DNA from: Trueperaceae bacterium
GTDB lineage: Bacteria; Deinococcota; Deinococci; Deinococcales; Trueperaceae
Direction of reading: 5' to 3'
Assembly (NCBI GenBank): GCA_040905465.1
Contig: JBBDRK010000060.1
Span: 1 to 11,318, forward strand
Length of the DNA: 11,318 nucleotides
Each line of letters begins with the position of its first letter. The stretch's first letter is position 1. Below the pieces are notes generated by a model. It made no database searches. It was not told where the DNA came from and saw only the letters and a program-made list of their open reading frames with translations. Below are positions 1 to 7,633 of the stretch, piece by piece. A program made the position numbers and the translations under genes.

Positions 1-48
1 CACAAGGTCACAGCCCTTTCATGCCCACTTGACAAAAATCGATCTATA

Positions 49-1116
49 TCAGTTGGACGCCGGAGCTACCGCCGGAGCCTTGGCCCGGCCGGGAACCAGC
101 AGCAGCTTGACTCCGCGTTTCGACTCGAAGTCGTCGAAGGCCTCACGCCACTCTCCGAGCGAGTAGCTGTGACTGATGACAGATTCGGCGTCGACGAGGC
201 CCTCGCCGAGCAGCCGGAGCGCCCGCAACCACGATTCGGAGGTACTGGCGTTGCTGCCGCTGACCTCGAGCTCCCGGTAGCAGACCTGGTCGAAGTCCAG
301 GGCTACCGGTTTGCCGAACAGGCCGACCTGCAGGTAGCGGCCGCGTCGGCGCGCGAGGGTAAGGAGCTGCGTGGCGGCCGGACCGGCGCCGGAGCACTCG
401 ATCACCACGTCGGCGCCGTGACCCTCAACGGTCAGCCCGGCCAACAGTTCCTGCGGATCCTGTTCATCTACCACCACCGTGTGACTCGCTCCCAGTCGTC
501 GTGCCAGAGCCAGCCGCTCCTGGTCGGCGGCCGTGCCCAGCATCACCACTGTGGCGCCTGCGGCGCGAGCTACCTGACCGGCGAGCAGTCCGATCGCACC
601 GGGACCGGCGATCGCCACCACGTCTCCGGCACGGATCGCAGGCTTTCCCAGGAGGGCGTGGGCCACGCAGGCCAGCGGCTCGGTCAAAGCGCCCGCCTTG
701 TCGCTCACGTTGTCGGGCAAGCGGTGCAAGTTGCGAGCGGGCACCACGAGATGTCGGGCGAAGCCGCCGTCGATGGCGGAACCGATCGAGCGTCGCTCGG
801 GGCAGAGGTTCGACTGGCCGGCGCGACAGTAGCGGCAGCGGGAGCAGGTGGAGAAGTAGGTTTCGCTGGTGACCCGGTCGCCCTCCAGCACGCCGGCAGC
901 GCCCGGCCCCAGCGCAACTACCCTGCCGGCGACCTCGTGGCCCAGCACCACCGGCGGACTGCAGCGGAACTCGTCGTGATAGATGTGCAGGTCGGTCCCG
1001 CAGATTCCGGCGGCGCTCACCTCGACGAGAGCTTCGCCCGGTCCCGGCGCCGGCTCGGCTATTTCGCGCAGCTCGACGTTGCCGCTTCCCGCGGCCACTT
1101 TCATTACGGCTTCCAT
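49..1116 (-). CDS. Zinc-dependent medium-chain dehydrogenase (sorbitol/L-iditol/threonine dehydrogenase-like), ~355 aa
   Basis: Catalytic-Zn motifs GICGTD, GHE and TEP; structural-Zn cluster CSRCRYC...C; Rossmann GPGAIG. Start moved from 1326 to ATG 1116 (MEAVMK), which is where the MDR fold begins and follows an AGGAAGGA SD-like sequence. The longer ORF would run through a terminator. Confidence 0.93.
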   Translation of the reverse strand: MEAVMKVAAGSGNVELREIAEPAPGPGEALVEVSAAGICGTDLHIYHDEFRCSPPVVLGHEVAGRVVALGPGAAGVLEGDRVTSETYFSTCSRCRYCRAGQSNLCPERRSIGSAIDGGFARHLVVPARNLHRLPDNVSDKAGALTEPLACVAHALLGKPAIRAGDVVAIAGPGAIGLLAGQVARAAGATVVMLGTAADQERLALARRLGASHTVVVDEQDPQELLAGLTVEGHGADVVIECSGAGPAATQLLTLARRRGRYLQVGLFGKPVALDFDQVCYRELEVSGSNASTSESWLRALRLLGEGLVDAESVISHSYSLGEWREAFDDFESKRGVKLLLVPGRAKAPAVAPASN

Positions 1117-1166
1117 TCGGGGCTTCCTTCCTGACTCAGCCGGCGTTGCAATCGCGGTCAACCGCG

Positions 1167-1207
1167 AAAAACCGCAGGCCGGACACGAACTGGTGTCCGG
1201 CCTGCGG
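1167..1207 (-). terminator. Intrinsic terminator
   Basis: Perfect 15-bp stem (1172-1186 / 1193-1207) with a 6-nt loop, followed on the minus strand by TTTTT (1171-1167). Confidence 0.88.
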
Positions 1208-1483
1208 GGCCGGGGGATCATGCGGGGCTGCAGCCCCATACCCCGATGATAGCCCACCACCGGCCACTCCAAGTGAGTCCCGGCCATATTCGTAGCCTGG
1301 CGCTCCATGGTGCCACCTTCAGCCATCTCCCCAGTTGCCGTTGTAGCCCGCCCCGGCCGAGTCGACCGAAACCGTGTCGACAGCCTGAGCGGTCAGCGAC
1401 GAACCCGGCACCCCTGCCGAATCCGCCAACACGTTCGATCGATCGTCGGGCGGCGTCTCCACGCCCCGCTGCTCCCCCCGGAT
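1167..1483 (-). ncRNA. Candidate structured ncRNA or long cis-regulatory leader, family unassigned
   Basis: Bounded by a promoter (1490-1518) and a terminator (1167-1207). 5' arm 1481-1463 pairs with 3' arm 1228-1210. Internal hairpins contain G-U pairs on the minus strand. No convincing protein-coding ORF inside. Confidence 0.6.
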
Positions 1484-1489
1484 AAGCAC

Positions 1490-1518
1490 ATGATATGACG
1501 CCGGCAAGGAGCCGGCAA
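1490..1518 (-). promoter_or_regulatory. Sigma70-type promoter TTGCCG-N17-TATCAT
   Basis: -35 TTGCCG (1518-1513), 17-nt spacer, -10 TATCAT (1495-1490). Predicted start at A1483, immediately before the 5' pairing arm. Confidence 0.7.
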
Positions 1519-1583
1519 AGATGCCAACTACTCCCAACGTAGATACAAATGCATCCCTTGCATCCACCGTCGGGGGAACCGAG

Positions 1584-2414
1584 TCAGTCGCCGGTCTCCG
1601 CTGCCTCGTCGGCCTCGACCTCCACTGGCGAGCTGTAGTTACGGCGAAGCCAACGGCTGAGTCCGTCGAGCCCGGGAAACAGCGTACGTTCGGTGATGTT
1701 CGCCTGGTCCAGCTTGTCGCGGACCTCCCACTTGATCTCTGCCGGCACGATGATCTTGCGCCACAATCGCGGGTGGGTGCGCAACCAGGCGTCTGGACCG
1801 GAGTGAGAGTCGCCGTAGACGGAGAACAAGGCGTACTGATTGACGATCCTCGGGTCGACCGCCGGCGGCTCGAAGAAGAGCATCACCGGATCCTCTGCCA
1901 GCTCGTCGAACTGGGCAAGTGTGGGCGCCACCTCCGCCAGCATGTCGGCGGTGAAAACGGCCGAGCCCTCGCGGTCGAGGCCCTCGACGAGTGCCTGCGG
2001 CAACAGTCGGTGGACCTCGTTGTAATCGACCGCCCATACCTCGCCGTCGTCGTCCATAAGGTGCAGGTAGGCGGTAACGAAGTGCAGCGCCACGAACGGC
2101 GAAAAGGTCCAGTCCACCAGCCGTGTCGGCAGGCCGTGATGCTGGGCCAGCGCCAGCCAGTGCCACACCGTGTCCTGGTTCACGTCGCCGCGCTGGGCGT
2201 ACTTCCGGAAGTTGCGGAGCAGATGGGGCTCGAGTTTGGCGTACGGACCACGCAAGGACATCAGGGCGGTCCTGAGGTCCTCGCCGGCGACCGCCTCGCC
2301 GTGGAAGGCGTACGGCGAACGGTGGCGGGCGATGCGTGGGTTCCAGGCGTCTCGGAACAGCAATTCCTGCAGGTGAATCCAGTCCTTGGCCCGCACCACC
2401 TGCTCGGTCTCCAC
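1584..2414 (-). CDS. FRG domain-containing protein, 276 aa
   Basis: RSPYAFHG (FRG-like), WLALAQHHGLPTRLVDWTFSPFVALHF, RIVNQYALFS and ITERTLFPGLDG are typical FRG-family blocks. GTG start lies 5 nt after the SDR stop. Confidence 0.92.
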   Translation of the reverse strand: METEQVVRAKDWIHLQELLFRDAWNPRIARHRSPYAFHGEAVAGEDLRTALMSLRGPYAKLEPHLLRNFRKYAQRGDVNQDTVWHWLALAQHHGLPTRLVDWTFSPFVALHFVTAYLHLMDDDGEVWAVDYNEVHRLLPQALVEGLDREGSAVFTADMLAEVAPTLAQFDELAEDPVMLFFEPPAVDPRIVNQYALFSVYGDSHSGPDAWLRTHPRLWRKIIVPAEIKWEVRDKLDQANITERTLFPGLDGLSRWLRRNYSSPVEVEADEAAETGD

Positions 2415-2419
2415 TGCGC

Positions 2420-3319
2420 TTAGCCGCCCACCGGTTCGCCGCCGTTTGGGTGCAGGGTCTGTCCGCTGATGTAGCTGCTGTCCGAGGAGGCCAGGAACAC
2501 GTAGCTCGGCGCCACCTCCTCCGGCTGACCCGGACGGCCGAGCGGCTGGTTCGTGCCGAACGAGGCAACCTTCTCTGCGGAGAACGAGGCGGGAATCAGC
2601 GGCGTCCAGATCGGTCCCGGTGCCACGGCGTTCACACGGATCCCCTTGTCGGCCAGGTTTGTCGCCAATGCCCGGGTGAACGAGAGGATCGCTCCTTTGG
2701 TCGAGGAGTAGTCGATGAGCGTGGGGTTGCCGCGATAGGCGGTGACGGAGGTGGTGTTGATGATCGACGCGCCCTTCTCGAGATGCTTCAAGGAAGCCTT
2801 GGTGAGGTGGAACATTGCCAGGATGTTGGTGCGGAAGGTTCGCTCCAACTGCTCCGCGGTTATGTCCTCGATGCTCTCCTGCGGATACTGCACGGCGGCG
2901 TTGTTCACCAGCACGTCGAGCCTTCCGAATTCGCCGACCGTCTGCTCGACCGCGTCGCGACAGAAGCCGGCATCCTGGACGTCACCGGGAATGAGCAGGC
3001 AGCGCCTGCCCTCCTGCTCGACCTGGCGTTCGGTCTCCTCGGCGTCGGCGTGCTCGTCGAGGTACACGACGGCCACGTCGGCACCCTCCTTGGCGAAGTA
3101 TACCGCTACCGCCCGGCCGATTCCGCTGTCACCTCCGCTGATCAGGGCCGTCTTGCCCTCCAGTTTGCCGGCCGCCCGGTACTCCGGCGCCTCGAACCGC
3201 GGCGCCGGTTCCATCTCGCTCTCGGTTCCCGGCTGCTTCTCCTGATGCTGCGGCGGCAGCCTGGTGGGGCGCTGCCGTTCGCTCTCGCGTTCCTGTCGGC
3301 CCTTGTCTGAACCCATCAT
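2420..3319 (-). CDS. Short-chain dehydrogenase/reductase, general stress protein YdaD/YhdF/YghA-like
   Basis: N-terminal PPQHQEKQPGTESEMEPAP extension, GGDSGIG, NNAA, catalytic YSSTK, VAPGPIWTPL, SYISGQTLHPNGG. SD spacing slightly favours the second ATG (3316). Confidence 0.93.
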   Translation of the reverse strand: MMGSDKGRQERESERQRPTRLPPQHQEKQPGTESEMEPAPRFEAPEYRAAGKLEGKTALISGGDSGIGRAVAVYFAKEGADVAVVYLDEHADAEETERQVEQEGRRCLLIPGDVQDAGFCRDAVEQTVGEFGRLDVLVNNAAVQYPQESIEDITAEQLERTFRTNILAMFHLTKASLKHLEKGASIINTTSVTAYRGNPTLIDYSSTKGAILSFTRALATNLADKGIRVNAVAPGPIWTPLIPASFSAEKVASFGTNQPLGRPGQPEEVAPSYVFLASSDSSYISGQTLHPNGGEPVGG

Positions 3320-3453
3320 TTACCCCCCATCGATCGTGCCGCCGCTGACCCTGCTTCGCTGTCGGGCAACCCACGGTTGCCTTCCGACGCCGCGAGTATG
3401 GTTGCCGCGTTCGGCCGGGCGAGCCTTTCGCCCGGGCCGGCGGGGGGTCCGTC

Positions 3454-5118
3454 ATGTCGAGTGATGCTGGCGCCGGACGATCGTTGTCCCGGCGCATCCA
3501 CGAGTTGGCGAAAGGGGCGTTCGGCTACAGCGACCTGCGGCCTGGCCAGGAGCGGGCCATCCAGGCCGTGGTGGAGGGGCGCGATGCGCTGGTGGTGATG
3601 CCAACCGGTTCGGGCAAATCGGCCATCTATCAGGTAGCGGGCATGCTGATCGAAGGCAAGACGGTGGTGGTGTCACCACTGTTGGCGCTTCAGCGCGATC
3701 AGGTAGAGGCACTGGCCGAGCACGGCGCCGACGGCGGCCAGGCCGAGGCGCTCAACTCGACGCTGACCCGGGATGAACGCGAGGAACTGCTCGAGCGGGT
3801 GGCGTCGGGCGAGCTGGAGTTCCTGTTCCTGGCACCCGAGCAGTTCTCGAGCGCCGACACCCTCGAACGGTTGCGCGCGGCGCCGCCGTCACTGTTCGTC
3901 ATCGACGAAGCGCACTGCGTCACGGAGTGGGGACACGACTTTAGGCCGGAGTATCTGCAGTTGGGCGCTGCCATCGAGGCGTTGGGCAATCCCCGGGTGC
4001 TGGCACTGACGGCTACGGCCGCCTCGCCGGTGCGAGACGAGATAGTTCAGAGGCTGGGGATGCGCGATCCCGAGGTGATCGTGCACGGCTTCGACCGGCC
4101 GAACCTCGAGCTGAAGGTGGAGCGGGTGGCCGGCGAGGAGGAGAAGTTCGAGCGCCTCCTCGAGATGCTGCCGGTCCTGGGTCGGCCGGGCATCGTCTAT
4201 GTGGCGACGCGGCAACATGCCGATGAGCTCGCCGAGCGGCTCCGCCAGGAAGGCGTGGAGGCAGCCGCCTATCACGCCGGCCACGACAAGCGGGAGCGTC
4301 AACGGGTGCAGTCGGCGTTCATGGACGACGAACTCGAGGCGATAGTGGCCACCACGGCTTTCGGCATGGGCGTCGACAAGGCGCATGTGGCGTTCGTGAT
4401 CCATTACGACATCACCGGCTCGCTCGACGCTTACTACCAGCAGATCGGCCGGGCAGGTCGTGACGGGGAGGCGGCCGACGCCATCTTGCTGTACCGGCCG
4501 GATGATCTCCGGTTGCAGCGGTTTCTCAACAGCGGTACCGCGATAGACGCAGACACCCACGAGCGCATCGCGACTCTCATCGACAGCGCCGGCGGGCCGG
4601 TCGATGCCGGCGAACTGCGCGAAGCTACCGGCCTTTCGGTCACCCGGCTACAGACGGTGCTGAACCATCTCGAGGAGGTGGGTGCGGTGACCGTTGGTGG
4701 CGACGGGATGGTCTGCCGCGTACCAGGCGGACCGTCGCCCGCAGAAGCTGCCGAGGCGGCCCAGAAGCTGCAGGAGCGCCACAAGTCGTTCGAGAAGTCG
4801 CGCGTCGAAATGATGCGGGGCTATGCCGAGGTGGAGGGGTGCCGCCGTGAATACCTGCTCTCCTACTTCGGCGAGAGCTACGATCCGCCGTGTGGGCACT
4901 GCGACAGGTGCGTAGCCGGTGCAGGGATCGAGCGGGCCGCAACCGGGCCGTTCCCGGTCGGAGGACGGGTGGTGCACGAAAGCTTCGGCGACGGCCAGGT
5001 GGTGCGCTACGAGGAGGGCAAGGTCGTGGTGCTGTTCGACGGGATCGGCTACCAGGCACTGGCACTGGACATAGTCAGTGAGCACGGCATCCTGCAGGTG
5101 ACAGACGGAGCTTCCTGA
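3454..5118 (+). CDS. recQ: RecQ-family ATP-dependent DNA helicase (no HRDC; wHTH insert; SH3/Tudor-like tail)
   Basis: Motif 0 FGYSDLRPGQ, MPTGSGKS, DEAHC, WGHDFRPEY, LTATA, AFGMGVDK, QIGRAGRDG and the Zn site CRR...CGHCDRC. GGGGGG SD upstream. Confidence 0.93.
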   Translation: MSSDAGAGRSLSRRIHELAKGAFGYSDLRPGQERAIQAVVEGRDALVVMPTGSGKSAIYQVAGMLIEGKTVVVSPLLALQRDQVEALAEHGADGGQAEALNSTLTRDEREELLERVASGELEFLFLAPEQFSSADTLERLRAAPPSLFVIDEAHCVTEWGHDFRPEYLQLGAAIEALGNPRVLALTATAASPVRDEIVQRLGMRDPEVIVHGFDRPNLELKVERVAGEEEKFERLLEMLPVLGRPGIVYVATRQHADELAERLRQEGVEAAAYHAGHDKRERQRVQSAFMDDELEAIVATTAFGMGVDKAHVAFVIHYDITGSLDAYYQQIGRAGRDGEAADAILLYRPDDLRLQRFLNSGTAIDADTHERIATLIDSAGGPVDAGELREATGLSVTRLQTVLNHLEEVGAVTVGGDGMVCRVPGGPSPAEAAEAAQKLQERHKSFEKSRVEMMRGYAEVEGCRREYLLSYFGESYDPPCGHCDRCVAGAGIERAATGPFPVGGRVVHESFGDGQVVRYEEGKVVVLFDGIGYQALALDIVSEHGILQVTDGAS

Positions 5119-5136
5119 AACGGGCGAGTGTCCGCT

Positions 5137-5178
5137 CGAATCAGCTTACAGAGCGTCCCGCCCAAATGCGCCTACCCT
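5137..5178 (+). promoter_or_regulatory. Conserved upstream box plus -10 element for P1
   Basis: CGAATCAGCTTACAGAGC (5137-5154) matches 7554-7571 at 16 of 18 positions; TACCCT (5173-5178) follows. Confidence 0.55.
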
Positions 5179-5208
5179 GACGGAGAGTCCAATTCTAGGG
5201 GGGACCAC

Positions 5209-6351
5209 ATGGCAGCATTTAAACGAACACTCACCTTGCTGATGATCTTGGCGTTGACCGCCTTCGGAGCGGGTATCGCGCAGGACGATCAGCAGGATGA
5301 TCAGGACCAGCAGCAGGAGCAGGAGCAGCAGCAGTCCCAGGAAGAGGAGACCAGCACCAGGACGGTCGAGATACGTGGGGAGGAAGTCGCCCCGCTCGGT
5401 GAGATTCAAGTCGGCGACGCCCAGCAATTCGATGGTGAGACCGCAACGGTCGAAATCGAGGTGGAGACGGGAGCCATCGTCTTTACCGCCGAAAGTGCCG
5501 GCGATCAGCATCCCAACATCGATCTCGTGGGCCCAAACGGTTTCTACGAGCGCTTCGAGGTCGACGATGACACCGACGCCCAGACGGTCGTAGACGGGCT
5601 CTTGCCCGGGGTCTACTCGATCGCCGCCAGCGACGAAGGTCTGCAGCTGGCGCATACCATCCTCGAGGTAACCGCGGGCCAGGCCGTCAACGTGAATATT
5701 GCGCTGCAGGAGCTCGCGGCCTACGAGGAAGGAACGTTCCGGGCCGGTGATGAAACCACCTTCCCGAACGAAGCTTTCCGGGCGGAGGACCCGCAGCCGA
5801 TCGAGAACGCCGACTTCGGTGAAGTGAGCGTCGAGACAGATAACGACAACGCACGCTTCGTCGTAACGGGTCCCAACGGTTACTCGCAGGAGTTCACGGG
5901 CGCCTTCACGGCCAGCGACCTGTCGCCTGGCATCTACGTGATCGCCGGTACCGCGGAGGGTACCTATGCGCTCGAAGGCACCCTGAGCGGGGCCAGAATC
6001 GCGACTTCCGCCGTTGAGGTGAACGTAGCGCAGACCGTGAGAATGGTGCCTGTCGCCGACTTCACCGGGGCGGAAACCGAAGAGGCCGAAGCTGTTACTG
6101 AGGACGTCGAGGACGTCGCCGGCGGTGGCGAGGCTCAGGAGGTCGAGACCGATGAGGTCGACGCTGAACAAGATGCAGACACCGAGCAGGTAGACACCGA
6201 AGAAGAAGTCGATACCGAGCAGGTAGAGACGGAAGAGGAAGCCGACACCGAGGAAGAAGTCGACACCGAGGAAGAAGTCGACACCGACGAACCGACCGAC
6301 ACGACCGAAGACGACGACACGGAGACCGAGGACGACGAGCAGCAGAACTGA
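5209..6351 (+). CDS. P1: secreted, highly acidic protein with two PEGA/prealbumin-like beta-sandwich repeats and an Asp/Glu tail, 380 aa
   Basis: ATG 5209 after AGGGGGGA; Sec signal MAAFKRTLTLLMILALTAFGAGIA/Q; internal repeat (VGPNGF...LLPGVYSIA and TGPNGY...LSPGIYVIA); clear paralog of 7634-8956. The fold assignment is inference. Confidence 0.85.
   Translation: MAAFKRTLTLLMILALTAFGAGIAQDDQQDDQDQQQEQEQQQSQEEETSTRTVEIRGEEVAPLGEIQVGDAQQFDGETATVEIEVETGAIVFTAESAGDQHPNIDLVGPNGFYERFEVDDDTDAQTVVDGLLPGVYSIAASDEGLQLAHTILEVTAGQAVNVNIALQELAAYEEGTFRAGDETTFPNEAFRAEDPQPIENADFGEVSVETDNDNARFVVTGPNGYSQEFTGAFTASDLSPGIYVIAGTAEGTYALEGTLSGARIATSAVEVNVAQTVRMVPVADFTGAETEEAEAVTEDVEDVAGGGEAQEVETDEVDAEQDADTEQVDTEEEVDTEQVETEEEADTEEEVDTEEEVDTDEPTDTTEDDDTETEDDEQQN
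6178..6290 (+). repeat. Coding tandem repeat (DTEQV/DTEEEV units, 15-18 nt)
   Basis: Repeated GACACCGA(A/G)GAAGAAGTC-like units encoding DTEQVDTEEEVDTEQVETEEEADTEEEVDTEEEVDTDE. Confidence 0.85.
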
Positions 6352-6353
6352 AG

Positions 6354-6383
6354 TCAGCACCGCGTACTTCAGCACCGAGTACT
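6354..6383. repeat. Tandem 15-bp direct repeat after the P1 stop
   Basis: TCAGCACCGCGTACT (6354-6368) and TCAGCACCGAGTACT (6369-6383), 14/15 identical. Confidence 0.8.
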
Positions 6384-6400
6384 GCTGACGCTGTAGTTCC

Positions 6401-6432
6401 AGGGGGCGAGTCGTAGGCTCGCCCCCTTCGTC
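6401..6432 (+). terminator. Probable intrinsic terminator of P1
   Basis: AGGGGGCGAG / CTCGCCCCCT 10-bp stem with two further inner pairs; weak T-tail (TCGTCT). Confidence 0.65.
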
Positions 6433-6472
6433 TGCGGTAATGATGCAGCCCGCGGATGGATTGAGGTGACGG

Positions 6473-7465
6473 ATGAAGGAGTGGGCACGCCGAGCGCTGC
6501 TGTTTCTCCACGCCCTGTGGCTCAAGTGGGGAAAAGACGACGTGGCGCGGCTCGCAGCTGCTCTCGCCTTCTTCGCCGCCCTGTCGATAGCTCCGCTTCT
6601 GCTCATTGCCACTGCAGTCGCCGGCGCGCTGCTCGAGCGAAGCGCCGTGCAGGAAGAGTTGGCCTCGCGCGCGCGCCAGGTGGCAGGACCGAACGTCGCC
6701 ACGGCAGTCGAGTCGATCCTGAGCAACGTGTCGCTCCCCGATGCCGGCCTGATGGCCACGATAGTAGCCGTCGCCGGCTTCGCCTTCGCCGGGTCGAACG
6801 CTTTCTTTCAACTTCAGCGGGCTCTCGACGAAGTGTGGGACATCGCTCCGAAGCCCGGCCAGGGGTTCCGGTACATGCTCCTTGATCGCTTCGAGTCGTT
6901 TCTCACGGTGTTCGTGGCCGGCCTGCTGTTGATAGCCTCGCCGGCGCTGCGTATCGTCACCAACGTCCTCGAGGAGTCGTTGTCCCGGATAGCCGGAGCC
7001 TCCTGGTTCTGGTCGCTGCTCGACATACTGGTTACCGTGGGCATCTTCACCGTGCTCTTCGCGTTCCTGTTCAAGGTCGTGCCCTCCGCCACGGTCACCT
7101 GGGGAGCCGCCTGGGTGGGCTCGGCAGTTACCGCCGGGCTGTTCACAGTGGGTACCACCCTTATGGCGTTCTACCTGCGCAACAACGCCACCACCTCGCT
7201 CTATGGCGCCGCCGGATCGCTCATGGCACTTCTCCTGTGGATATACGTGTCTTCGCACATCCTCCTGATAGGTGCCGAGGTTACCCAGCTCTACGCCCGT
7301 ATCCGAGGCGAGCCGATCCAGCCGCACGGCTACACGACGAGCTCGCTATCTGTGCAGCGGCGAAAGCGGGACCGGGTCGACGAAATCGTGCGCAAGTTGC
7401 GCAGCGAAGAGCGTCTGGCGCGCGGCCCCGACCCGCTGGAAGAGGTGCACCGTCGGGACGAGTAG
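6473..7465 (+). CDS. YihY / virulence factor BrkB family membrane protein, 330 aa
   Basis: DDVARLAAALAFFAALSIAPLL at the N-terminus, multiple hydrophobic helices, LYGAAGSLMALLLWIYVSSHILLIGAE signature; GAGGTG SD. Confidence 0.92.
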   Translation: MKEWARRALLFLHALWLKWGKDDVARLAAALAFFAALSIAPLLLIATAVAGALLERSAVQEELASRARQVAGPNVATAVESILSNVSLPDAGLMATIVAVAGFAFAGSNAFFQLQRALDEVWDIAPKPGQGFRYMLLDRFESFLTVFVAGLLLIASPALRIVTNVLEESLSRIAGASWFWSLLDILVTVGIFTVLFAFLFKVVPSATVTWGAAWVGSAVTAGLFTVGTTLMAFYLRNNATTSLYGAAGSLMALLLWIYVSSHILLIGAEVTQLYARIRGEPIQPHGYTTSSLSVQRRKRDRVDEIVRKLRSEERLARGPDPLEEVHRRDE

Positions 7466-7553
7466 TCCGAACCGACCGACGGCGAAGGGCCCGGCTAGAG
7501 CTCGCTGCCGCCAGGCGTGCCCGAGGTGCGAAGCGGACGTGAGAGCCAAGTTC

Positions 7554-7594
7554 CGAGTCAACTTACAGAGCAGCCTGACTCGCGTCGCTATGGT
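7554..7594 (+). promoter_or_regulatory. Conserved upstream box plus -10 element for P2
   Basis: CGAGTCAACTTACAGAGC (7554-7571) followed by TATGGT (7589-7594), at nearly the same spacing as upstream of P1. Confidence 0.55.
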
Positions 7595-7633
7595 GAATGG
7601 TGCGCAAGATGCTCGATTCAAAGGGGGGAAGCA

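Noticed and set aside
29-48. Perfect TTGACA in an AT-rich patch
   Set aside because: No -10 at 16-18 nt spacing, it would point antisense into the dehydrogenase, and context is cut by the window edge.
1300-1325. T-box-like GAAGGTGGCACC on the minus strand
   Set aside because: No complementary CCTTC to close an antiterminator helix, the terminator is ~100 nt away, no recognisable stem I, and the downstream gene is not amino-acid related.
1117-1326. 70-aa N-terminal extension of the dehydrogenase (ATG 1326 or 1308; includes CPACG)
   Set aside because: It runs through the structured RNA and terminator, has no MDR-like sequence, and a good SD precedes ATG 1116. An open frame is unsurprising at this GC content.
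1319-1567. 82-aa minus-strand ORF
   Set aside because: It spans the predicted promoter and RNA 5' end, has no clear SD and no recognisable motif.
1584-5118. FRG plus helicase as an anti-phage defence locus
   Set aside because: The genes are divergent, the RecQ and SDR look like stress or housekeeping types, and there are no mobility or compositional signs of an island.
6178-6389. Repeats as a possible CRISPR array
   Set aside because: Units are adjacent without unique spacers, mostly in-frame coding, and no cas genes are present.
5146-6759. 537-aa antisense ORF (also 7643-9004, 6095-7327, 169-1134, 1521-2423, 2336-3310, 8971-9825)
   Set aside because: Shadow ORFs opposite well-supported genes, expected from GC-rich codon bias; no motifs.
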